Shown piece by piece: positions 1-9,905 of a DNA stretch of 42,023 bases. Position numbers and translations under genes: made by a program. Within the stretch, counting starts at the first letter, position 1. Each line of letters begins with the position of its first letter. Where the stretch lies: positions 1 to 42,023 of the forward strand of contig JAZSHE010000095.1 of the NCBI GenBank assembly GCA_045533085.1, in the 5' to 3' direction. This DNA comes from Ruminococcus sp. Its GTDB lineage: Bacteria; Bacillota; Clostridia; Oscillospirales; Acutalibacteraceae. The notes beneath the pieces are model-generated. The model was not told the DNA's origin. It searched no databases and was given only the letters and a program-made list of their open reading frames with translations.

Positions 1-23
1 GGTGTCTTTATGTATGTTCGAAA

Positions 24-1406
24 TTAAAATGCGATTTTCTCAGCGATGTATGCTTTGAGTTCGTCAATTTTGATTCTTACCTGCTCCATTGTGTCACGGT
101 CACGGACTGTTACACAGCCGTCTTCGAGTGATTCGAAGTCGTATGTGATACAAAGTGGTGTGCCGATTTCATCTTGTCTGCGGTAACGCTTACCGATAGA
201 ACCAGCATCATCGTACTCAACCATAAAGTCTTTTGAAAGCTCATCAAAGAGGGCCTCAGCCTGCTCGCCTACCTTCTTGGAGAGTGGGAGAACTGCCGCT
301 TTGAATGGCGCGAGGAACGGATGAAGTCTTAATACTGTTCTGACATCGTTCTTTTCTGCATCAACAACCTCTTCGTCGTAAGCTTCTGTAAGAATTGAAA
401 GGAAAAGTCTTTCAACACCGAGAGAAGGCTCGATAACGTAAGGGATGTATCTTGAATTATCAGTTGGGTCAAAGTACTCAAGGCTCTTGCCGGATGTGTT
501 CTGGTGCTGAGTCAAGTCGTAGTCTGTTCTGTCAGCAATACCCCAAAGCTCACCCCAACCGAATGGGAAGAGATACTCGAAGTCAGTTGTCGCCTTTGAG
601 TAGAAGCAAAGCTCTTCTGGATCGTGGTCACGAAGACGTAAGTTTTCTTCCTTTACGCCGAGTGAGTATAAAAAGTCACGGCAGTATGCTCTCCAGTAGT
701 CAAACCACTCAAGGTCTGTGCCAGGCTTGCAGAAGAACTCGAGTTCCATCTGCTCAAATTCACGAACACGGAAAATAAAGTTACCAGGTGTGATTTCGTT
801 ACGGAAAGATTTACCGATCTGTGCGACACCGAAAGGAACCTTCTTTCTGCTTGTACGCTGAATGTTAGCGAAGTTTACGAAAATACCCTGTGCTGTTTCA
901 GGACGGAGATAAATCTCAGATTTTGAGTCCTCAGTAACACCCTGGAATGTCTTGAACATAAGGTTGAACTGACGGATGTCAGTGAAGTTCTGCTTGCCAC
1001 AGTTTGGACAAGTGATGCCCTTCTCTTTGATGTATTCTGTCATCTGCTCATTTGACCAGCCAGCAACGTTTGTGCCGTCAAAATCCTCGATGAGGTTGTC
1101 AGCTCTGTGACGTGTTTTACAATCTTTACAGTCCATCAGCGGGTCAGAGAAGCCACCGAGGTGACCTGATGCTACCCATGTCTGTGGATTCATAAGAATA
1201 GCTGAATCAAGTCCTACGTTGTATTTGTTTTCCTGAACGAACTTTTTGAGCCAAGCTTTCTTGACGTTGTTTTTGAGCTCCATACCAAGTGGGCCGTAGT
1301 CCCAAGTGTTGGCAAGGCCGCCGTAGATTTCAGAGCCCGGATATACGAAGCCTCTGCCTTTGCACAAAGCTACGATTTTTTCCATTGACTTGTCTGTGTT
1401 TTTCAC
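24..1406 (-). CDS. glyQS: Glycine--tRNA ligase (homodimeric class II type)
   Basis: Motifs [51 protein letters not shown] and anticodon-binding [18 protein letters not shown] start at 1406 follows a GGAGGGG RBS. Confidence 0.97.
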   Translation of the reverse strand: MKNTDKSMEKIVALCKGRGFVYPGSEIYGGLANTWDYGPLGMELKNNVKKAWLKKFVQENKYNVGLDSAILMNPQTWVASGHLGGFSDPLMDCKDCKTRHRADNLIEDFDGTNVAGWSNEQMTEYIKEKGITCPNCGKQNFTDIRQFNLMFKTFQGVTEDSKSEIYLRPETAQGIFVNFANIQRTSRKKVPFGVAQIGKSFRNEITPGNFIFRVREFEQMELEFFCKPGTDLEWFDYWRAYCRDFLYSLGVKEENLRLRDHDPEELCFYSKATTDFEYLFPFGWGELWGIADRTDYDLTQHQNTSGKSLEYFDPTDNSRYIPYVIEPSLGVERLFLSILTEAYDEEVVDAEKNDVRTVLRLHPFLAPFKAAVLPLSKKVGEQAEALFDELSKDFMVEYDDAGSIGKRYRRQDEIGTPLCITYDFESLEDGCVTVRDRDTMEQVRIKIDELKAYIAEKIAF

Positions 1407-1499
1407 GAATACCCCTCCATTATGAGAATTATACCATATATAGTACAATTTTAGCTTGATAATGTCAAGAAGATAAGTTATTTTCCTTATTTGTTGACA

Positions 1500-1527
1500 T
1501 TGACTTTGTGAGATGATATTCTAAAAT
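1500..1527 (+). promoter_or_regulatory. Putative sigma-A promoter of pyrR
   Basis: TTGACT (1500-1505), 16 nt, TAAAAT (1522-1527), just upstream of the attenuator. Confidence 0.5.
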
Positions 1528-1534
1528 CAAGATA

Positions 1535-1629
1535 TCTTTAATTCGGTACTGTGATGCCGACAAGGTTTCAAAATATTTAATTGTAATCGCCTTGTTCGCA
1601 TTTTTGTGACAAGGTCATTTTTGTTTTTT
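1535..1629 (+). promoter_or_regulatory. PyrR-binding attenuator (binding loop plus terminator)
   Basis: CTTTAATTCGGTACTGTGATGCCGACAAGG resembles the PyrR binding stem-loop. It is followed by the hairpin CCTTGT..ACAAGG and a T-tract (1590-1629) just before pyrR. Confidence 0.8.
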
Positions 1630-1640
1630 ATGAGGTTTTT

Positions 1641-2186
1641 ATGGAACTGAAAGCTCAGATTTTGAATGAATCGGATATAAACAGAGTTCTAAAGCGAATC
1701 GCTCACCAGATTCTGGAGAAAAATCGCGGAACAAAGGACTTGTGCCTGATTGGTATCAAGTCGCGCGGAGTTCCGCTGGCACATAGACTTGCTCAGTATA
1801 TTTTTGAAATCGACTCCAATACAGTTGATGTCGGCGAGCTTGATATTACTCATTATCGCGATGACAGAGAAAAGTGTGAGGATAACACAGTTATCACAGG
1901 CACTAAGGTGGATTTTGATATCAAAGGAAAAACGGTTGTACTTGTTGATGATGTTATTTTCACAGGACGTACAGCACGTTGTGCGCTTGATGCTGTGTTA
2001 GATCTTGGCAGACCATCAAAAATCCAGCTTTGTGTGCTGATTGACAGAGGTCATTCGGAGCTGCCTATCAAAGCAAATTTCGTCGGCAAAAACATACCGA
2101 CTTCGCTTGACGAGGAAGTTGCTGTCAGACTTGCTGAGTATGACGGGGAAAACTCCGTTGCGATTTACACCAAGTGGTGTGGATAG
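1641..2186 (+). CDS. pyrR: Bifunctional pyrimidine regulator / uracil phosphoribosyltransferase PyrR
   Basis: [25 protein letters not shown]-binding [24 protein letters not shown]. Confidence 0.96.
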   Translation: MELKAQILNESDINRVLKRIAHQILEKNRGTKDLCLIGIKSRGVPLAHRLAQYIFEIDSNTVDVGELDITHYRDDREKCEDNTVITGTKVDFDIKGKTVVLVDDVIFTGRTARCALDAVLDLGRPSKIQLCVLIDRGHSELPIKANFVGKNIPTSLDEEVAVRLAEYDGENSVAIYTKWCG

Positions 2187-2194
2187 GAGATTGT

Positions 2195-3763
2195 ATGAAA
2201 AATTATTCAGTTAAGATTATGTCGTTGATTCTGACGATTACAATGATTGTGTCACTTTGTGCGTTATCTGTGCCTGTTGTCGGTGCTGTGGATTCCCTGC
2301 CCGATATCGTTGATAACAGTGAGTCGCCATATTTCCCTGCTATTGAATCGCAGGGCAGTTTGGGCGCGTGTGTGTACTGGGCTGAAACTTACTATCAGTT
2401 TACATATACGATGAACAAAGCTATGGGCATTGTGACTACTCCTGAAAACACCTTTTCGCCCAGCTTTACATTCAATCTCGGCAATGGTGGTAAAAATGGC
2501 GGTGGTTGGGATATCGACGGATTCACTCTGATGCAGGAGATAGGAAATGTTCCGCTGTCCACAGTACCATATACAGAAAATGAGTTCCTGAGCTGGCACG
2601 CAAGTGAAGAAATCTGGCGCGAAGCACTTAACTACAGAGTGAAAACCTACGAGTATCTTAAGGATGTCGGACTCACAAATGAAACACAGATTACCTCTGT
2701 TGATGACCCCGACCTGACCAAAATCAAAACCTGCCTTGCAAATGGTGAGGTGCTGAGTTTCAATACTATCATTAATTCGCTCACAGTTTTGAGATTAAAG
2801 GAGCACAAGGATGTTCCTGAAAACTCAAAGTATGTGAATGAGTATGTTGTCAAAGATCGTATCGGTGGTGGTCAGGGACATCGTATGACCATTGTAGGAT
2901 ATAATGATAAAATCTGGAGCGACTTGAATGACAACGGAAAAGTCGATTCAGGTGAGATGGGTGCATTCAAGGTGGCTAATTCCTGGGGCACGAGTTATCA
3001 CAACAAAGGTTTCTACTGGTTTGCTTATGATTCACTTAACAAATATACAAGCGTGTCCGGAGTATCGAACGATAACCGTTATGGTACTGTCGAGGATATC
3101 GCGCGTATCGAAGTACGACCTTATGGAGAGGGTAGCGATTTATATCTCAGATATACACTTAACACCTGCGACAGAGGACAGAGCAAGATGTATGTTACAG
3201 CCACAAAAGGTGACGAGGTTTACACATACGAGGCAGGTCCTAAAAGAAAGTTTGGTATGAATAGTTCTAAGTTTTCGTATGACGGAACAACGAACTCTAA
3301 CGATGGCACAATGGTGTACGCCCTTGATAACATCGTACCTGATATTACTGCTGATACTTTACACGAGTACAAGTGGAGCATTAAATTTGAGGATACAAAT
3401 GCTGACTCAAAGGTGTTCACTGTTAAAAATTGCGAGATTGTTGACGAGAAGAACAACAGGTTGATTAAACCTACAAACGTGTTCCCGTTTGCACTCGATG
3501 GCAGTTCAAAAACTGTGCAGTATCCTGATATTGAAAAAATCACAGGTATTATCGGTGATGCCGACGGAGATTCACAGATTACTATTATGGATGCAACAAC
3601 AATCCAGAAATATCTTGCTAAAATTATCACACAGAACGATTTATATTTTAATCTTTGCGATTGTGATAACGGTGGTGAAGTTAATATTTCTGATGCAACA
3701 TATATCCAGTTTTATCTAGCGCATATTTTTAAAGAGTTATCACATGTCGGAGAGAAAAAGTAA
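2195..3763 (+). CDS. Secreted papain-like (C1A) cysteine peptidase with C-terminal dockerin
   Basis: Signal peptide; catalytic QGSLGAC, GHRMTIVGYND and NSWG; duplicated dockerin repeats GDADGDSQITIMDATTIQKYLA / DCDNGGEVNISDATYIQFYLA. ATG 2195 follows AGGAGA. Confidence 0.88.
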   Translation: MKNYSVKIMSLILTITMIVSLCALSVPVVGAVDSLPDIVDNSESPYFPAIESQGSLGACVYWAETYYQFTYTMNKAMGIVTTPENTFSPSFTFNLGNGGKNGGGWDIDGFTLMQEIGNVPLSTVPYTENEFLSWHASEEIWREALNYRVKTYEYLKDVGLTNETQITSVDDPDLTKIKTCLANGEVLSFNTIINSLTVLRLKEHKDVPENSKYVNEYVVKDRIGGGQGHRMTIVGYNDKIWSDLNDNGKVDSGEMGAFKVANSWGTSYHNKGFYWFAYDSLNKYTSVSGVSNDNRYGTVEDIARIEVRPYGEGSDLYLRYTLNTCDRGQSKMYVTATKGDEVYTYEAGPKRKFGMNSSKFSYDGTTNSNDGTMVYALDNIVPDITADTLHEYKWSIKFEDTNADSKVFTVKNCEIVDEKNNRLIKPTNVFPFALDGSSKTVQYPDIEKITGIIGDADGDSQITIMDATTIQKYLAKIITQNDLYFNLCDCDNGGEVNISDATYIQFYLAHIFKELSHVGEKK

Positions 3764-3774
3764 ATACTAAAGAA

Positions 3775-3801
3775 AAAACGCACTCTGCATGAGTGCGTTT
3801 T
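3775..3801. terminator. Bidirectional intrinsic terminator
   Basis: AAAACGCACTC-tgcat-GAGTGCGTTTT between convergent genes. Confidence 0.85.
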
Positions 3802-3815
3802 GTTATATAGTTTAG

Positions 3816-4478
3816 TTATTGTAATAATGTGAAATTGTTTTTTTCAAAGAGGAGCAGACCTTCATCACGCATTTTGCACAGCTCGTTTGACATTGCGCTT
3901 CGGTCAACAGAGAGAAAGTCCGCAAGCTGTTGGCGATTGAACGGAATTGTAAAGCTGTTACATCCGTTGAGTTTTGCTTCGTTTGATAGATATGAAATGA
4001 GCTTTTCGCGAGTTGTTCTTTTTGAGATGTGTGTCAGCTTTTGCATCAGAAGTCGATTTTTGTGGGTGAGAGCAACAAGCAGGTTTTGTATCACAGCACT
4101 GTGAAAACTGCAAGCTCTGGGGCAAACACACATCAGTTTTTTGACGTTAAAAAGTGCCACAGTTGAGTTGGTTGTTGCGACAGCATCAGTGAGCACAGCA
4201 CTGCTTCCATATACAGCATAAGATTCACCGAAAAGTTCAGCGGGTTTCACTTCTGCAATGATGCTTCGGTTGCCCCAGTAATCGATTGATTGTATGTGCA
4301 CACAACCGTTCAGCAGAACATAAAACTGGTCGAGATATTCTCCTTGTCTGAAGATATGTTCGTCCTTTTTATATTCCTTGATAGTAGCTCCAAGGCAGGC
4401 GGTCATTGTTTCAATATCACTTTCGCTGATGCCACAAAACAGGGTAGTACGTTTAAGTATATCAATATATTTTTTCAT
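3816..4478 (-). CDS. Crp/Fnr-family transcriptional regulator
   Basis: cNMP-binding-like N-terminal domain (ELFGESYA) and C-terminal HTH (FNRQQLADFLSVDRSAMSNEL). Confidence 0.93.
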   Translation of the reverse strand: MKKYIDILKRTTLFCGISESDIETMTACLGATIKEYKKDEHIFRQGEYLDQFYVLLNGCVHIQSIDYWGNRSIIAEVKPAELFGESYAVYGSSAVLTDAVATTNSTVALFNVKKLMCVCPRACSFHSAVIQNLLVALTHKNRLLMQKLTHISKRTTREKLISYLSNEAKLNGCNSFTIPFNRQQLADFLSVDRSAMSNELCKMRDEGLLLFEKNNFTLLQ

Positions 4479-4492
4479 AAAGTCTCCAATCT

Positions 4493-4508
4493 TGTTGTAA
4501 AAAAAACA
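4493..4508. promoter_or_regulatory. Possible Crp-family operator
   Basis: Imperfect palindrome TGTTGTAAAAAAAACA between the divergent Crp and Fe-S genes. Confidence 0.35.
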
Positions 4509-4564
4509 GACTTGTTTTAATTATTGTATTATACTTGTATCAGAAAGTCAATGGAGGTATTATT

Positions 4565-5272
4565 ATGCTGCGAAAAATAGTTAAGATAGATCAAGATAGA
4601 TGTAACGGATGCGGTTTGTGTGCTGATGCTTGCCACGAGGGCGCTATCGGTATGGTCGACGGCAAAGCTAAACTCTTGAGAGATGACTACTGCGATGGTC
4701 TTGGTGATTGTCTGCCTGCGTGCCCAACGGGCGCTATCTCGTTCGAAGTCAGAGAGGCGTTGGCGTATGACGAAGTGGCTGTCAAAAAGGCTCAGGCTGA
4801 AAAATCACAGGCAAAAGCTTGTAGTTCGTTGCCGTGTGGATGCCCTGGCACAAATTCAAAGATGCTCGAAAGAGAAACGGTAAATCTTCCTTATGCGTCA
4901 ATTAATACAAGCAGATTGAACCAGTGGCCTGTGCAGATAAAGCTTGTGCCTGTCAATGCACCGTATTTTGATAACGCAGATCTGCTGATAGCTGCTGATT
5001 GCACAGCTTTTGCATACGGAAATTTCCACAACGATTTCATCAGAAACAGGATAACGCTTATTGGTTGTCCAAAGCTTGATGAGGGCGACTACGCGGATAA
5101 GCTGACACAGATTATCGCGAATAACAATATTAAAAGTGTTACTGTTGTCAGAATGGAAGTGCCATGTTGTGGTGGTATTGAAAACGCAGTTAAAAGAGCA
5201 CTGATGAACAGCGGCAAGTTTATCCCTTGGAGCGTCGTGACTATTTCTGCAAACGGAAAAATATTGGAATAA
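4565..5272 (+). CDS. 2x[4Fe-4S] ferredoxin-domain iron-sulfur protein
   Basis: CNGCGLCADAC and CDGLGDCLPACP, plus C-terminal Cys motifs AADC, IGCPKLD and EVPCC. ATG 4565 follows GGAGG. Confidence 0.9.
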   Translation: MLRKIVKIDQDRCNGCGLCADACHEGAIGMVDGKAKLLRDDYCDGLGDCLPACPTGAISFEVREALAYDEVAVKKAQAEKSQAKACSSLPCGCPGTNSKMLERETVNLPYASINTSRLNQWPVQIKLVPVNAPYFDNADLLIAADCTAFAYGNFHNDFIRNRITLIGCPKLDEGDYADKLTQIIANNNIKSVTVVRMEVPCCGGIENAVKRALMNSGKFIPWSVVTISANGKILE

Positions 5273-5336
5273 ATCTTTTCATAAAACTTGAAATGTGATA
5301 TAATACTTCGTAATGAACTTTAAAGGAGAGTAGAAT

Positions 5337-6677
5337 ATGTTTATTTCAAACGACATAAAATATGTAGGAGTTAACGACCATAATATAGATTTGTTTGAGG
5401 GCCAGTATATCGTGCCAAATGGTATGGCATATAACTCATACGTTATTGTTGATGAAAAAATCGCTGTTATGGATACAGTTGACAAGAATTTTAAAGATGA
5501 GTGGCTTAAGAATATCGCCGATGTACTAGGTGACAGAAAGCCTGACTATCTTATTGTTCAGCACATGGAGCCAGACCATTCAGCAAATATCGTGAGCTTC
5601 ATCGTTGCTTATCCAGATGCAAAAATCGTTGCGTCCAAAAAAGCTTTTGATATGATGAAAAATTTCTTTGGAACCGATTTTGCCCCTAAGCAGATTGTTG
5701 TAGGTGAAAACGATACATTGGAGCTTGGTGAACACACCCTGACATTTGTTACAGCACCTATGGTACATTGGCCGGAGGTTATCGTGACATACGACAACAA
5801 GGACAAGGTTCTGTTTTCAGCAGACGGATTCGGCAAGTTCGGTGCTCTTGATGTAGAAGAAGAGTGGGCATGCGAAGCAAGACGTTACTATTTTGGTATC
5901 GTCGGCAAGTACGGTGTTCAGGTGCAGTCGCTCCTCAAAAAGGCGAGCAAGCTTGATATTAATACAATCTGTCCGCTCCATGGTCCTGTGTTGTGCGAAG
6001 ACCTTGGTTATTACATTAACCTTTATGATGTTTGGTCAAGCTATCAGGTAGAAGAAGAGGGCGTTATGATCGCGTACACTTCTGTTTACGGTAACACGAA
6101 GGTAGCGGTTGAACTGCTCAGGGATAAGCTCATTGAAAATGGAGCTAAAAAGGTAGTGGTGAACGACCTTGCACGCGAAGATATGGCAGAAGTTGTTGAG
6201 GATGCGTTCCGTTATGACAAAATTGTTTTTGCAACAACTACTTACAATGCGGATATTTTCCCGTTTATGCGAGAGTTTATTAACCATCTGACAGAGCGTA
6301 ACTTCCAGAACCGCACAGTTGCGTTTATTGAAAACGGAAGCTGGGCACCAACAGCGTGCAAGGTTATGAAAGAAATGCTCTCAAAATGCAAAAACTTAAA
6401 CTACGCGCTGACAGATGTCAAAATTATGTCAGCGCTCAACGATGACAGCAAAGCTCAGATCGAAACACTTTCAAAAGAGCTTTGTGGTGCACAGATGATT
6501 GACGGAGGTGAAAACACAGTGAAATACGCTTGTGATATTTGTGGTTGGGTCTATGATGAAGAGAAGGGCTCACCTGAAAACGGTATCGCACCGGGTACAG
6601 CTTTTGACGATTTGCCAGAAGATTTTGTATGCCCGTTATGTGCTGTTCCAAAGGAGAATTTCTCAAAAGTTGATTAA
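5337..6677 (+). CDS. fprA: Flavodiiron protein (FprA family) with C-terminal rubredoxin domain
   Basis: HMEPDH, HWPE, FSADGFG and PLHG diiron ligands; flavodoxin YTSVYGNT; rubredoxin CDICGWVYD...WVCPLC-like FVCPLC. Confidence 0.92.
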   Translation: MFISNDIKYVGVNDHNIDLFEGQYIVPNGMAYNSYVIVDEKIAVMDTVDKNFKDEWLKNIADVLGDRKPDYLIVQHMEPDHSANIVSFIVAYPDAKIVASKKAFDMMKNFFGTDFAPKQIVVGENDTLELGEHTLTFVTAPMVHWPEVIVTYDNKDKVLFSADGFGKFGALDVEEEWACEARRYYFGIVGKYGVQVQSLLKKASKLDINTICPLHGPVLCEDLGYYINLYDVWSSYQVEEEGVMIAYTSVYGNTKVAVELLRDKLIENGAKKVVVNDLAREDMAEVVEDAFRYDKIVFATTTYNADIFPFMREFINHLTERNFQNRTVAFIENGSWAPTACKVMKEMLSKCKNLNYALTDVKIMSALNDDSKAQIETLSKELCGAQMIDGGENTVKYACDICGWVYDEEKGSPENGIAPGTAFDDLPEDFVCPLCAVPKENFSKVD

Positions 6678-6695
6678 AACTTGAAGCGATAACTG

Positions 6696-6725
6696 ACAGT
6701 CGGGTGTTTTGCCCGACTGTTTTTT
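6696..6725 (+). terminator. Intrinsic terminator
   Basis: ACAGTCGGG...CCCGACTGT followed by a T-tract. Confidence 0.85.
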
Positions 6726-6806
6726 CTTGCCATTTTTAACTTTTGATGATACAATGGGTGAAACACAATGTTGAGTTATCAACATTTTGCTAAAGGAAGT
6801 GTAGAT

Positions 6807-7535
6807 ATGAAAAACAAGATGCAAAGAGATTTATTTGTACCGCTTTCTCATTGTGACAATACATCAAGACTTAGTGTGCCGTTTGTGTTCAATCTGTTTA
6901 TGGATATTGCAACTGACCACGCTAACGAGCTTAGTTTAAGTTCAAAAGACATTGGCGACGATATGTTCTGGCTTGCTACCAGAACAAAGATTGTGATTGA
7001 AAGAAGACCACAGATGAGTGAAAAGGTCACGCTTGCAACCTGGCCTGAAAAGGCAGTCAGGGTCCGTGCTAATCGTCACTATTCCATAAGTGACAGTCAG
7101 GGTGTTGCTATCTGCGGTAAAACCGAGTGGGCTGTTATTAATACTGTGACAGGAAAATTACAGCGTCTTAATGATATTTATGGCGAGGAGTTCGAGTTTT
7201 GCGAGGATGTTTTGTGTGAGGGGTCATACGCCAGAGTGAATGATAAATTTGACGATGCTGATATTCTTGGTGAATATAAAATCCGCTCGACCGATATTGA
7301 TGTTGGACAACACATGAATAACGCAGCTTATGTCAGAGCGCTTTTTTCTCTGTTTTCATGTGAAGAGCTCAGCGAAAGCGAAATCAAGGAGATTGACATC
7401 GCGTACAAGAACCAGAGTTTCGAGGGCGAAACACTTACTGTAAAAGTCAGAAAAGCTGACGATGGAGCGTTTGAATATGCGATGATAAAGCCTGATAATA
7501 CCATTTCAGCGGTTGTAAGAATCGTAAATCAGTGA
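6807..7535 (+). CDS. Acyl-ACP thioesterase (double hot-dog fold)
   Basis: DIDVGQHMNNAAYV catalytic motif and TWP motif. ATG 6807 follows AAGGA. Confidence 0.88.
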   Translation: MKNKMQRDLFVPLSHCDNTSRLSVPFVFNLFMDIATDHANELSLSSKDIGDDMFWLATRTKIVIERRPQMSEKVTLATWPEKAVRVRANRHYSISDSQGVAICGKTEWAVINTVTGKLQRLNDIYGEEFEFCEDVLCEGSYARVNDKFDDADILGEYKIRSTDIDVGQHMNNAAYVRALFSLFSCEELSESEIKEIDIAYKNQSFEGETLTVKVRKADDGAFEYAMIKPDNTISAVVRIVNQ

Positions 7536-7553
7536 AATATTGCCGTTTTCATC

Positions 7554-7582
7554 CAAGCCTCGGTCCACGAGGCTTGTTTTTT
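7554..7582 (+). terminator. Intrinsic terminator
   Basis: CAAGCCTCG...CGAGGCTTG followed by a T-tract. Confidence 0.85.
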
Positions 7583-7656
7583 GTGCAATAATACTATTGA
7601 AAAATATGGTAATCTGGACTAGAATGTTGTTTAAATAACAGATTTGAGGTGTTATT

Positions 7657-8826
7657 ATGAAAAAAGGTAAATTTGCTTTACTAAGTATAGTGTCTATTGT
7701 CATAGTCTTTGCCATAGCAGTTGGTGCGGTGTACTTTTTGGGTGATTCATCCGTTTTAGCTCCTGGAGACCCTACAACTGTAACTGAGTCTACACAGCCA
7801 CCGACCGAAGCTCCTACAGAGCCTGACAAGGTTGAGCTATTATTGCAGGATATGACATTGGAAGAAAAGGTTGCCCAGATGATGATGGTCAGCTGTCACG
7901 AGAATGTTAACATCGACGCAGCATGTTCCTATGGTGTAGGCGGCATTTGTCTTTACGCACACTCTTTTGCTGAAAAGAGCGCGGATGATGTGAAGGCTAT
8001 GATTGAAAACTATCAGCGCTTGTCATATATGCCGATGTTGGTTTCAACAGATGAGGAGGGCGGTACGGTAGTACGTGTCAGCTCTAATCCACAGTTGAGA
8101 GAAACTCCGTTTTTATCTCCGTTAGAGCTTAAGGCTCAGGGCGGTCTTGAGCTTGTGAAAAGTGATGCTCAGGAAAAGTCACAGCTGTTACTGTCACTTG
8201 GTGTGAACGTGAATCTTGCACCTGTTTGTGATGTGCCGCTTGACGAAACAAACTACATCTATGACAGATGCTACAGCCTTGATGCTGATGAAACTGCACA
8301 GTACACAAGCACTGTTGTCACAACTATGAAAGAAAATGGTATCGGCTCTTGTCTCAAACACTTCCCTGGTTACGGCGGTAGCGTTGATACACACCAGTCG
8401 ATGTCTTACGACGACAGAGAGTACTCTGCATTTGAAAATGGCGATTTCAAGCCTTTCGAAGCAGGTATTGCTTCTGGTACTGATTGCGTTCTTGTCAGCC
8501 ACAATATCGTTAATTGTATTGACGCTGAGATGCCTGCATCGTTGTCGACTCCTGTTCACAACCAGTTGCGTGGTAAGCTCAACTTCCATGGCGTTATCAT
8601 CACAGACGACCTTGTTATGGAAGGTATTGCACAGTTTACAGACGGAAGTAACGCTGCTGTGCTTGCTGTAAAAGCTGGTAACGATATGATAATCTGTGAG
8701 GATTACACAACTTCTGTTGACGCAATCGTTCAGGCTGTCAACAACGGTGAAATTCCAGAATCTCAGATTGATGCTTCGGTTAAGAGAGTTCTTAACTGGA
8801 AGAAGAACCTTGGTTTACTCGGATAA
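7657..8826 (+). CDS. Membrane-anchored GH3 beta-N-acetylhexosaminidase (NagZ-like)
   Basis: N-terminal TM and Pro/Thr linker; DEEGG, NLAPVCD, KHFPGYG...DTH and IITDDL motifs. Confidence 0.88.
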   Translation: MKKGKFALLSIVSIVIVFAIAVGAVYFLGDSSVLAPGDPTTVTESTQPPTEAPTEPDKVELLLQDMTLEEKVAQMMMVSCHENVNIDAACSYGVGGICLYAHSFAEKSADDVKAMIENYQRLSYMPMLVSTDEEGGTVVRVSSNPQLRETPFLSPLELKAQGGLELVKSDAQEKSQLLLSLGVNVNLAPVCDVPLDETNYIYDRCYSLDADETAQYTSTVVTTMKENGIGSCLKHFPGYGGSVDTHQSMSYDDREYSAFENGDFKPFEAGIASGTDCVLVSHNIVNCIDAEMPASLSTPVHNQLRGKLNFHGVIITDDLVMEGIAQFTDGSNAAVLAVKAGNDMIICEDYTTSVDAIVQAVNNGEIPESQIDASVKRVLNWKKNLGLLG

Positions 8827-8850
8827 TAATTTAAATATTGAGATATTAAG

Positions 8851-8879
8851 AAACAGCTCCTTAAATGGGGCTGTTTTTT
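8851..8879 (+). terminator. Intrinsic terminator
   Basis: AAACAGCTCC...GGGGCTGTTT followed by T's. Confidence 0.8.
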
Positions 8880-8952
8880 GTTTTTAGTTGGATAATTAGC
8901 ATTGCAAAAATTTTCAATAGTTGATACAATAATCGTATGTAAAGAGTAGAGG

Positions 8953-9798
8953 ATGGAAAAGATGAGCGTTATCGGCAAGCAGATTAAAAAGTTTCGTATA
9001 GCAAAAGGTATTACTCAGGAACAGCTCGGTGAACTTGTGGGGGTTACTACACAGGCTGTGTCAAAATGGGAACGTGGTGGTACACCTGACGCTGAGCTGT
9101 TGCCAACAATAGCACAGGTTCTGTCGGTGAGCATAGATACGCTGTTTGGTATAGCGGAGGAAAGCCTCTCGCTTACGATTGCAAGACGTATATGTCAGAT
9201 GTCTGATGATGAAGCGTATCGTTTTGCGTTCAATCTTTGTTGGGCGATAGAAAACGGTATGCTGCATGGCGTTGTAATGCCTGAACATTATATAGATGGT
9301 TTCGTTGAAAATTTGGCAAAGGATACCGATGGATTGGAGTATTTCTCGAAAAATATGTCTGACAGCGGTATGGTTACAGCCAGATTGTCGCCTGATTTTC
9401 ACTATTTCTTTTTAATGAAGGAACCTAAGAGTGGTATCAAAAATGTTCTTTCGGATTCTGAAACTCTCAGAAAAGTATTTGAGGTTTTTGCGGATAAAAA
9501 CCTGCTTAGTATAATTTTCTTTATGTACTCGAGACTTAACACACCGCTTGCTACATCTCTTATCAGCAAAAACACAGGACTGACTGAAGATGAGGTTGAC
9601 AGATATATGGAAATACTCTGTGACAACAATCTTGCTACAAAAAGCGTTATCGAAACAGCTACAGGCGAAATGCATTCATATATGTTCCACAACGAAAGCT
9701 CTGTTATTCCGCTTTTGTGTTATGCAGACGAAATAACAAAAACAAACTCTCATGATTTTATATGGTCTCTTTCACGTACCAAGCCTTTACTGCAGTAA
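8953..9798 (+). CDS. XRE-family HTH transcriptional regulator with C-terminal extension
   Basis: ITQEQLGELVGVTTQAVSKWERG...PD HTH_3 signature. Confidence 0.88.
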   Translation: MEKMSVIGKQIKKFRIAKGITQEQLGELVGVTTQAVSKWERGGTPDAELLPTIAQVLSVSIDTLFGIAEESLSLTIARRICQMSDDEAYRFAFNLCWAIENGMLHGVVMPEHYIDGFVENLAKDTDGLEYFSKNMSDSGMVTARLSPDFHYFFLMKEPKSGIKNVLSDSETLRKVFEVFADKNLLSIIFFMYSRLNTPLATSLISKNTGLTEDEVDRYMEILCDNNLATKSVIETATGEMHSYMFHNESSVIPLLCYADEITKTNSHDFIWSLSRTKPLLQ

Positions 9799-9905
9799 AC
9801 CTGCAGTTGAGGCTCTTTTAATTTGGTTTATAAATTAAAAAACAAGTTGTTTGAAAAGATTTTGCCTTGGATTTATAATAATTACTGTAAAAGGAGGGCG
9901 AGATT

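Noticed and set aside
1407-1500. T-box leader for glyQS
   Set aside because: No T-box consensus seen, and the short intergenic space is occupied by divergent promoters.
7770-7826. Pro/Thr/Glu low-complexity repeat
   Set aside because: An ordinary linker in a membrane-anchored GH3 enzyme.
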